From Haplodiscus bocki (lineage: Eukaryota), in NCBI GenBank assembly GCA_965655095.1, contig OZ296651.1, forward strand, positions 70,122,001-70,186,000: DNA of 64,000 nucleotides. The letters run 5' to 3'. Numbering within the stretch: position 1 is the stretch's first letter; each line of letters opens with the position of its first letter. The translations under genes were made by a program, and so were the position numbers. Shown here piece by piece: positions 33,097 through 45,000 of this stretch. The notes below the pieces were generated by a model, which saw only the letters and a program-made list of their open reading frames with translations, had not been told where the DNA came from and did not search any database.

Positions 33097-36000
33097 AAGA
33101 GGTATTAACTTAAAAGATGTATTAACTTCAAGGCTCAACTACAGTACCAACAAGCACAAAAGGAAGAGTTTGGGGTAGGTTTTCAGCGGACTTGCCTTAA
33201 AGAAAACTCTAATTCGAAGCTTCAACGTAAGGCTGGAGTTGATATTCCATACGAAGAGGATGCGGAACTTTACAGAACTTGGTTGAACAAGCACCAGATG
33301 AATTCAGCGACAAGCAGCATTGGGTACAACCTGTTTGAACTGAAGAGGTTTGTGGATCAGTTCCTTGAACTGAAGGAACCCTTACACCCCAACTGAACTT
33401 CATTCATTTTAGTGCTTCAATAAACGCAATGAAGCGCAACTACTACGAGTCAGTGCGTGCCAGAGAATTGCACAGCTTGTCATTTCGAGTTCAATAACTT
33501 CAAAGAAGGATGCCGCGAAGCTGCACCGCAGAGCGCGTGACTTCGTGGAAGAAGTTTTTCAGAAGCTGGAAGAAGGTGCATAGGAGGACCGCGATGATCA
33601 GTTGAAGTTCAAAGACCTAAAACAAGTCCAGATTTGTCTTTTTGTTCTCAGGAATGGTTGCCGGAACCCAACTGTCTTTAGCCTTCGAAGAGCCTACATG
33701 AAAAATTGCTTCTACGACGCTGACAAGCACCTCCTGGCTTTTCACATGGGCCCTGGAACTTTAGCTGGAGCTGAACCATATAGTGGTCGACTTTCACTGT
33801 TCATTGGGAGTGTAATGAAGCAGCTCATCGTAAACAGCTCTCGTGTTTGTTGTGTCCCCAAAAGTTTGCCCCAGAGTTTACCACAAGAAAACAGGTAAGA
33901 GAGTTCCATTGCCTGTCTAATAAGCCCTCTCTGAAAGTGAATCATAGTATACATATCAAAGGAGATAAAATTCAATTTGATCGACGAAGAAGCAAATGCT
34001 ACCCGTTATCGCCATGCACAATACTTGTGAACCAGAAGGTCAACCATGAAGAACATCCGCTCCAGTTGGAGTTAGTACGCACTAAAAAAGACTTGCCGGA
34101 GTCAATCACTCACTCTGTACGCAAAGTTGATCAAACAAACACCGCAGGAAATTTACTGAATTCTATCCAATCTCTTAAAAGAGGTATTAAATTCAAGGCT
34201 CAACTACAGTACCACCAAGCACAAAAGGAAGAGTTTGGGATAGGTTTTCAGCGGACTTGCCTTGAAGAAAACTCTAATTCGAAGCTTCAACGTAAGGCTG
34301 GAGTTGACATTCCATACGAAGAGGATGCGCAACTTTACAGAACTTGGTTGAACAAGCACCAGATGAATTCAGCGACAAGCAGCATTGGGTACAACCTGTT
34401 TGAACTGAAGACGTTTGTGGATCAGTTTCTTGAACTGAAGGAACCCTTACACTCCAACTGAACTTCATTCATTTTAGTGCTTCAATAAACGCAATGAAGC
34501 GCAACTACTACGAGTCACTGCGTGCCAGAGAATTGCACAGCTTGTCATTTCGAGTTCAATTACTTCAAAGAGGGATGCCGCGAAGCTGCACTGCAGAGCG
34601 CGTGACTTCGTGGAAGAAGTTTTTCAGAAGCTGGAAGAAGGTGCATAGGAGGACCGCGATGATCAGTCGAAGTTCAAAGACCTAAAACAAGTCCAGATAT
34701 GTCTTTTTGTTCTCAGGAACGGTTGCCGGAACCCAACTGTCTTTAGCCTTCGAAGAGCCTACATGAAGAATTGCTTCTACGACGCTGACAAGCACCTCCT
34801 GGCTTTTCACATGGGCCCTGGATCTAGCTGGAGCTGAACCATATAGTGGTCGACTCTCACTGTTCATCGGGAGTGTAATGAAGCAGCTCATCGTAAACAG
34901 CTCTCGTGTTTGTTGTGTCCCCAAAAGTTTGCCCCAGAGTTTACCACAAGAAAACAGGTAAGAGAGTTCCATTGCCTGTCTCATAAGCCCTCTCTGAAAG
35001 TGAATCATAGTATACATATCAAAGGAGATAAAATTCAATTTGATCGACGAAGAAGCAAATGCTACCCGTTATCGCCATGCACAATACTTGTGAACCAGAA
35101 GGTCAACCATGAAGAACATCCGCTCCAGTTGGAGTTAGTACGCACTAAAAAAGACTTGCCGGAGTCAATCACTCACTCTGTACGCAAAGTTGATCAAACA
35201 AACACCGCAGGAAATTTACTGAATTCTATCCAATCTCTTAAAAGAGGTATTAACTTCAAGGCTCAACTACAGTACCACCAAGCACAAAAGGATGAGTTTG
35301 GGATAGATTTTCAGCGGACTTGCCTTGAAGAAAACTCTAATGCGAAGCTTCAACGTAAGGCTGGAGTTGATATTCCATACGAAGAGGATGCGCAACTTTA
35401 CAGAACTTGGTTGAACAAGCACCAGATGAATTCAGCGACAAGCAGCACTGGGTACAACCTGTTTGAACTGAAGAGGTTTGTGGATCAGTTCCTTGAAATG
35501 AAGGAACCCTTACACCCCAACTGAACTTCATTCACTTTAGTGCTTCAATAAACGCAATGAAGCGCAACTACTACGAGTCACTGCGTGCCAGAGAATTGCA
35601 CAGCTTGTCATTTCGAGTTCAATTACTTCAAAGAGGGATGCCGCGAAGCTGCACTGCAGAGCGCGTGACTTCGTGGAAGAAGTTTTTCAGAAGCTGGAAG
35701 AAGGTGCATAGGAGGACCGCGATGATCAGTCGAAGTTCAAAGACCTAAAACAAGTCCAGATATGTCTTTTTGTTCTCAGGAACGGTTGCCGGAACCCAAC
35801 TGTCTTTAGCCTTCGAAGAGCCTACATGAAGAATTGCTTCTACGACGCTGACAAGCACCTCCTGGCTTTTCACATGGGCCCTGGATCTAGCTGGAGCTGA
35901 ACCATATAGTGGTCGACTCTCACTGTTCATCGGGAGTGTAATGAAGCAGCTCATCGTAAACAGCTCTCGTGTTTGTTGTGTCCCCAAAAGTTTGCCCCAG

Positions 36001-39000
36001 AACTGACTCCAAGAAAACACGTAAGAGAGTTCCATTGCCTGTCTCATAAGCCCTCTCTTAAAGTGAATCACAGAATACATATCAAAGGAGATAAAATTCA
36101 ATTTGATCGACGAAGAAGCAAATGCTACCCGTTTTCGCCATGCACAATACTTGTTAACCAGAAGGTCAACCATGAAGAACATCCGCTCCAGTTGGAGTTA
36201 GTACGCACTATAAAAGACTTGCCGGAGTCAATCACTCACTCTGTACGCAAAGTTGATCAAACAAACACCGCAGGAAATTTACTGAATTCTATCCAATCTC
36301 TTAAAAGAGGTATTAAATTCAAGGCTCAACTACAGTACCACCAAGCACAAAAGGAAGAGTTTGGGATAGGTTTTCAGCGGACTTGCCTTGAAGAAAACTC
36401 TAATTCGAAGCTTCAACGTAAGGCTGGAGTTGATATTCCATACGAAGAGGATGCGCAACTTTACAGAACTTGGTTGAACAAGCACCAGATGAATTCAGCG
36501 ACAAGCAGCATTGGGTACAACCTGTTTGAACTGAAGACGTTTGTGGATCAGTTTCTTGAACTGAAGGAACCCTTACACTCCAACTGAACTTCATTCATTT
36601 TAGTGCTTCAATAAACGCAATGAAGCGCAACTACTACGAGTCACTGCGTGCCAGAGAATTGCACAGCTAGTCATTTCGAGTTCAATTACTTCAAAGAGGG
36701 ATGCCGCGAAGCTGCACTGCAGAGCGCGTGACTTCGTGGAAGAAGTTTTTCAGAAGCTGGAAGAAGGTGCATAGGAGGACCGCGATGATCAGTCGAAGTT
36801 CAAAGACCTAAAACAAGTCCAGATATGTCTTTTTGTTCTCAGGAACGGTTGCCGGAACCCAACTGTCTTTAGCCTTCGAAGAGCCTACATGAAGAATTGC
36901 TTCTACGACGCTGACAAGCACCTCCTGGCTTTTCACATGGGCCCTGGATCTAGCTGGAGCTGAACCATATAGTGGTCGACTCTCACTGTTCATCGGGAGT
37001 GTAATGAAGCAGCTCATCGTAAACAGCTCTCGTGTTTGTTGTGTCCCCAAAAGTTTGCCCCAGAACTTACTCCAAGAAAACACGTAAGAGAGTTCCATTG
37101 CCTGTCTCATAAGCCCTCTCTTAAAGTGAATCACAGAATACATATCAAAGGAGATAAAATTCAATTTGATCGACGAAGAAGCAAATGCTACCCGTTTTCG
37201 CCATGCACAATACTTGTTAACCAGAAGGTCAACCATGAAGAACATCCGCTCCAGTTGGAGTTAGTACGCACTATAAAAGACTTGCCGGAGTCAATCACTC
37301 ACTCTGTACGCAAAGTTGATCAAACAAACACCGCAGGAAATTTACTGAATTCTATCCAATCTCTTAAAAGAGGTATTAAATTCAAGGCTCAACTACAGTA
37401 CCACCAAGCACAAAAGGAAGAGTTTGGGATAGGTTTTCAGCGGACTTGCCTTAAAGAAAACTCTAATTCGAAGCTCCAACGTAAGGCTGGAGTTGATATT
37501 CCATACGAAGAGGACGCGCAACTTTACAGAACTTGGTTGAACAAGCACCAGATGAATTCAGCGACAAGCAGCACTGGGTACAACCTGTTTGAACTGAAGA
37601 GGTTTGTGGATCAGTTCCTTGAACTGAAGGAACCCTTACACCCCAACTGAACTTCATTCACTTTAGTGCTTCAATAAACGCAATGAAGCGCAACTACTAC
37701 GAGTCACTGCGTGCCAGAGAATTGCACAGCTTTTCATTTCGAGTTCAATTACTTCAAAGAGGGATGCCGCGAAGCTGCACTGCAGAGCGCGTGACTTCGT
37801 GGAAGAAGTTTTTCAGAAGCTGGAAGAAGGTGCATAGGAGGACCGCGATGATCAGTCGAAGTTCAAAGACCTAAAACAAGTCCAGATATGTCTTTTTGTT
37901 CTCAGGAACGGTTGCCGGAACCCAACTGTCTTTAGCCTTCGAAGAGCCTACATGAAGAATTGCTTCTACGACGCTGACAAGCACCTCCTGGCTTTTCACA
38001 TGGGCCCTGGATCTAGCTGGAGCTGAACCATATAGTGGTCGACTCTCACTGTTCATCGGGAGTGTAATGAAGCAGCTCATCGTAAACAGCTCTCGTGTTT
38101 GTTGTGTCCCCAAAAGTTTGCCCCAGAACTTACTCCAAGAAAACACGTAAGAGAGTTCCATTGCCTGTCTCATAAGCCCTCTCTTAAAGTGAATCACAGA
38201 ATACATATCAAAGGAGATAAAATTCAATTTGATCGACGAAGAAGCAAATGCTACCCGTTTTCGCCATGCACAATACTTGTTAACCAGAAGGTCAACCATG
38301 AAGAACATCCGCTCCAGTTGGAGTTAGTACGCACTAAAAAAGACTTGCCGGAGTCAATCACTCACTCTGTACGCAAAGTTGATCAAACAAACACCGCAGG
38401 AAATTTACTGAATTCTATCCAATCTCTTAAAAGAGGTATTAAATTCAAGGCTCAACTACAGTACCACCAAGCACAAAAGGAAGAGTTTGGGATAGGTTTT
38501 CAGCGGACTTGCCTTGAAGAAAACTCTAATTCGAAGCTTCAACGTAAGGCTGGAGTTGATATTCCATATGAAGAGGATGCGCAACTTTACAGAACTTGGT
38601 TGAACAAGCACCAGATGAATTCAGCGACAAGCAGCATTGGGTACAACCTGTTTGAACTGAAGACGTTTGTGGATCAGTTTCTTGAACTGAAGGAACCCTT
38701 ACACTCCAACTGAACTTCATTCATTTTAGTGCTTCAATAAACGCAATGAAGCGCAACTACTACGAGTCACTGCGTGAAAGAGAATTGCACAGCTTGTCAT
38801 TTCGAGTTCAATTACTTCAAAGAGGGATGCCGCGAAGCTGCACTGCAGAGCGCGTGACTTCGTGGAAGAAGTTTTTCAGAAGCTGGAAGAAGGTGCATAG
38901 GAGGACCGCGATGATCAGTCGAAGTTCAAAGACCTAAAACAAGTCCAGATATGTCTTTTTGTTCTCAGGAACGGTTGCCGGAACCCAACTGTCTTTAGCC

Positions 39001-42000
39001 TTCGAAGAGCCTACAAGAAGAATTGCTTCTACGACGCTGACAAGCACCTCCTGGCTTTTCACATGGGCCCTGGATCTAGCTGGAGCTGAACCATATAGTG
39101 GTCGACTCTCACTGTTCATCGGGAGTGTAATGAAGCAGCTCATCGTAAACAGCTCTCGTGTTTGTTGTGTCCCCAAAAGTTTGCCCCAGAACTTACTCCA
39201 AGAAAACACGTAAGAGAGTTCCATTGCCTGTCTCATAAGCCCTCTCTTAAAGTGAATCATAGAATACATATCAAAGGAGATAAAATTCAATTTGATCGAC
39301 GAAGAAGCAAATGCTACCCGTTTTCGCCATGCACAATACTTGTTAACCAGAAGGTCAACCATGAAGAACATCCGCTCCAGTTGGAGTTAGTACGCACTAT
39401 AAAAGACTTGCCGGAGTCAATCACTCACTCTGTACGCAAAGTTGATCAAACAAACACCGCAGGAAATTTACTGAATTCTATCCAATCTCTTAAAAGAGGT
39501 ATTAAATTCAAGGCTCAACTACAGTACCACCAAGCACAAAAGGAAGAGTTTGGGATAGGTTTTCAGCGGACTTGCCTTGAAGAAAACTCTAATTCGAAGC
39601 TTCAACGTAAGGCTGGAGTTGATATTCCATATGAAGAGGATGCGCAACTTTACAGAACTTGGTTGAACAAGCACCAGATGAATTCAGCGACAAGCAGCAT
39701 TGGGTACAACCTGTTTGAACTGAAGACGTTTGTGGATCAGTTTCTTGAACTGAAGGAACCCTTACACTCCAACTGAACTTCATTCATTTTAGTGCTTCAA
39801 TAAACGCAATGAAGCGCAACTACTACGAGTCACTGCGTGAAAGAGAATTGCACAGCTTGTCATTTCGAGTTCAATTACTTCAAAGAGGGATGCCGCGAAG
39901 CTGCACTGCAGAGCGCGTGACTTCGTGGAAGAAGTTTTTCAGAAGCTGGAAGAAGGTGCATAGGAGGACCGCGATGATCAGTCGAAGTTCAAAGACCTAA
40001 AACAAGTCCAGATATGTCTTTTTGTTCTCAGGAACGGTTGCCGGAACCCAACTGTCTTTAGCCTTCGAAGAGCCTACATGAAGAATTGCTTCTACGACGC
40101 TGACAAGCACCTCCTGGCTTTTCACATGGGCCCTGGATCTAGCTGGAGCTGAACCATATAGTGGTCGACTCTCACTGTTCATCGGGAGTGTAATGAAGCA
40201 GCTCATCGTAAACAGCTCTCGTGTTTGTTGTGTCCCCAAAAGTTTGCCCCAGAACTTACTCCAAGAAAACACGTAAGAGAGTTCCATTGCCTGTCTCATA
40301 AGCCCTCTCTTAAAGTGAATCACAGAATACATATCAAAGGAGATAAAATTCAATTTGATCGACGAAGAAGCAAATGCTACCCGTTTTCGCCATGCACAAT
40401 ACTTGTTAACCAGAAGGTCAACCATGAAGAACATCCGCTCCAGTTGGAGTTAGTACGCACTATAAAAGACTTGCCGGAGTCAATCACTCACTCTGTACGC
40501 AAAGTTGATCAAACAAACACCGCAGGAAATTTACTGAATTCTATCCAATCTCTTAAAAGAGGTATTAAATTCAAGGCTCAACTACAGTACCACCAAGCAC
40601 AAAAGGAAGAGTTTGGGATAGGTTTTCAGCGGACTTGCCTTGAAGAAAACTCTAATTCGAAGCTTCAACGTAAGGCTGGAGTTGATATTCCATATGAAGA
40701 GGATGCGCAACTTTACAGAACTTGGTTGAACAAGCACCAGATGAATTCAGCGACAAGCAGCATTGGGTACAACCTGTTTGAACTGAAGACGTTTGTGGAT
40801 CAGTTTCTTGAACTGAAGGAACCCTTACACTCCAACTGAACTTCATTCATTTTAGTGCTTCAATAAACGCAATGAAGCGCAACTACTACGAGTCACTGCG
40901 TGAAAGAGAATTGCACAGCTTGTCATTTCGAGTTCAATTACTTCAAAGAGGGATGCCGCGAAGCTGCACTGCAGAGCGCGTGACTTCGTGGAAGAAGTTT
41001 TTCAGAAGCTGGAAGAAGGTGCATAGGAGGACCGCGATGATCAGTCGAAGTTCAAAGACCTAAAACAAGTCCAGATATGTCTTTTTGTTCTCAGGAACGG
41101 TTGCCGGAACCCAACTGTCTTTAGCCTTCGAAGAGCCTACATGAAGAATTGCTTCTACGACGCTGACAAGCACCTCCTGGCTTTTCACATGGGCCCTGGA
41201 TCTAGCTGGAGCTGAACCATATAGTGGTCGACTCTCACTGTTCATCGGGAGTGTAATGAAGCAGCTCATCGTAAACAGCTCTCGTGTTTGTTGTGTCCCC
41301 AAAAGTTTGCCCCAGAACTTACTCCAAGAAAACACGTAAGAGAGTTCCATTGCCTGTCTCATAAGCCCTCTCTTAAAGTGAATCACAGAATACATATCAA
41401 AGGAGATAAAATTCAATTTGATCGACGAAGAAGTAAATGCTACCCGTGTTCGCCATGCACAATACTTGTGAACCAGAAGGTCAACCATGAAGAACATCCG
41501 CTCCAGTTGGAGTTAGTACGCACTATAAAAGACTTGCCGGAGTCAATCACTCACTCTGTACGCAAAGTTGATCAAACAAACACCGCAGGAAATTTACTGA
41601 ATTCTATCCAATCTCTTAAAAGAGGTATTAAATTCAAGGCTCAACTACAGTACCACCAAGCACAAAAGGAAGAGTTTGGGATAGGTTTTCAGCGGACTTG
41701 CCTTGAAGAAAACTCTAATTCGAAGCTTCAACGTAAGGCTGGAGTTGATATTCCATACGAAGAGGATGCGCAACTTTACAGAACTTGGTTGAACAAGCAC
41801 CAGATGAATTCAGCGACAAGCAGCATTGGGTACAACCTGTTTGAACTGAAGAGGTTTGTGGATCAGTTCCTTGAACTGAAGGAACCCTTACACCCCAACT
41901 GAACTTCAATGATTTTAGTGCTTCAATAAACGCAATGAAGCGCAACTACTACGAGTCACTGCGTGCCAGAGAATTGCACAGCTTTTCATTTCGAGTTCAA

Positions 42001-45000
42001 TTACTTCAAAGAGGGATGCCGCGAAGCTGCACTGCAGAGCGCGTGACTTCGTGGAAGAAGTTTTTCAGAAGCTGGAAGAAGGTGCATAGGAGGACCGCGA
42101 TGATCAGTCGAAGTTCAAAGACCTAAAACAAGTCCAGATTTGTCTTTTTGTTCTCAGGAATGGTTGCCGGAACCCAACTGTCTTTAGCCTTCGAAGAGCC
42201 TACATGAAAAATTGCTTCTACGACGCTGACAAGCACCTCCTGGCTTTTCACATGGGCCCTGGAACTTTAGCTGGAGCTGAACCATATAGTGGTCGACTTT
42301 CACTGTTCATTGGGAGTGTAATGAAGCAGCTCATCGTAAACAGCTCTCGTGTTTGTTGTGTCCCCAAAAGTTTGCCCCAGAGTTTACCACAAGAAAACAG
42401 GTAAGAGAGTTCCATTGCCTGTCTAATAAGCCCTCTCTGAAAGTGAATCATAGTATACATATCAAAGGAGATAAAATTCAATTTGATCGACGAAGAAGCA
42501 AATGCTACCCGTTATCGCCATGCACAATACTTGTGAACCAGAAGGTCAACCATGAAGAACATCCGCTCCAGTTGGAGTTAGTACGCACTAAAAAAGACTT
42601 CCCGGAGTCAATCACTCACTCTGTACGCAAAGTTGATCAAACAAACACCGCAGGAAATTTACTGAATTCTATCCAATCTCTTAAAAGAGGTATTAAATTC
42701 AAGGCTCAACTACAGTACCACCAAGCACAAAAGGAAGAGTTTGGGATAGGTTTTCAGCGGACTTGCCTTGAAGAAAACTCTAATTCGAAGCTTCAACGTA
42801 AGGCTGGAGTTGATATTCCATACGAAGAGGATGCGCAACTTTACAGAACTTGGTTGAACAAGCACCAGATGAATTCAGCGACAAGCAGCATTGGGTACAA
42901 CCTGTTTGAACTGAAGACGTTTGTGGATCAGTTTCTTGAACTGAAGGAACCCTTACACTCCAACTGAACTTCATTCATTTTAGTGCTTCAATAAACGCAA
43001 TGAAGCGCAACTACTACGAGTCACTGCGTGCCAGAGAATTGCACAGCTTGTCATTTCGAGTTCAATTACTTCAAAGAGGGATGCCGCGAAGCTGCACTGC
43101 AGAGCGCGTGACTTCGTGGAAGAAGTTTTTCAGAAGCTGGAAGAAGGTGCATAGGAGGACCGCGATGATCAGTCGAAGTTCAAAGACCTAAAACAAGTCC
43201 AGATATGTCTTTTTGTTCTCAGGAACGGTTGCCGGAACCCAACTGTCTTTAGCCTTCGAAGAGCCTACATGAAGAATTGCTTCTACGACGCTGACAAGCA
43301 CCTCCTGGCTTTTCACATGGGCCCTGGATCTAGCTGGAGCTGAACCATATAGTGGTCGACTCTCACTGTTCATCGGGAGTGTAATGAAGCAGCTCATCGT
43401 AAACAGCTCTCGTGTTTGTTGTGTCCCCAAAAGTTTGCCCCAGAGTTTACCACAAGAAAACAGGTAAGAGAGTTCCATTGCCTGTCTCATAAGCCTGTCT
43501 TAAAGTGAATCACAGAATACATATCAAAGGAGAGAAAATTCAATTTGATCGACGAAGAAGCAAATGCTACCCGTTATCGCCATGCACAATACTTGTGAAC
43601 CACAAGGTCAACCATGAAGAACATCCGCTCCAGTTGGAGTTAGTACGCACTATAAAAGACTTGCCGGAGTCAATCACTCACTCTGTACGCAAAGTTGATC
43701 AAACAAACACCGCAGGAAATTTACTGAATTCTATCCAATCTCTTAAAAGAGGTATTAAATTCAAGGCTCAACTACAGTACCACCAAGCACAAAAGGAAGA
43801 GTTTGGGATAGGTTTTCAGCGGACTTGCCTTGAAGAAAACTCTAATTCGAAGCTTCAACGTAAGGCTGGAGTTGATATTCCATATGAAGAGGATGCGCAA
43901 CTTTACAGAACTTGGTTGAACAAGCACCAGATGAATTCAGCGACAAGCAGCATTGGGTACAACCTGTTTGAACTGAAGACGTTTGTGGATCAGTTTCTTG
44001 AACTGAAGGAACCCTTACACTCCAACTGAACTTCATTCATTTTAGTGCTTCAATAAACGCAATGAAGCGCAACTACTACGAGTCACTGCGTGAAAGAGAA
44101 TTGCAAAGCTTGTCATTTCGAGTTCAATTACTTCAAAGAGGGATGCCGCGAAGCTGCACTGCAGAGCGCGTGACTTCGTGGAAGAAGTTTTTCAGAAGCT
44201 GGAAGAAGGTGCATAGGAGGACCGCGATGATCAGTCGAAGTTCAAAGACCTAAAACAAGTCCAGATATGTCTTTTTGTTCTCAGGAACGGTTGCCGGAAC
44301 CCAACTGTCTTTAGCCTTCGAAGAGCCTACATGAAGAATTGCTTCTACGACGCTGACAAGCACCTCCTGGCTTTTCACATGGGCCCTGGATCTAGCTGGA
44401 GCTGAACCATATAGTGGTCGACTCTCACTGTTCATCGGGAGTGTAATGAAGCAGCTCATCGTAAACAGCTCTCGTGTTTGTTGTGTCCCCAAAAGTTTGC
44501 CCCAGAACTTACTCCAAGAAAACACGTAAGAGAGTTCCATTGCCTGTCTCATAAGCCCTCTCTTAAAGTGAATCACAGAATACATATCAAAGGAGATAAA
44601 ATTCAATTTGATCGACGAAGAAGCAAATGCTACCCGTTTTCGCCATGCACAATACTTGTTAACCAGAAGGTCAACCATGAAGAACATCCGCTCCAGTTGG
44701 AGTTAGTACGCACTATAAAAGACTTGCCGGAGTCAATCACTCACTCTGTACGCAAAGTTGATCAAACAAACACCGCAGGAAATTTACTGAATTCTATCCA
44801 ATCTCTTAAAAGAGGTATTAAATTCAAGGCTCAACTACAGTACCACCAAGCACAAAAGGAAGAGTTTGGGATAGGTTTTCAGCGGACTTGCCTTAAAGAA
44901 AACTCTAATTCGAAGCTCCAACGTAAGGCTGGAGTTGATATTCCATACGAAGAGGACGCGCAACTTTACAGAACTTGGTTGAACAAGCACCAGATGAATT

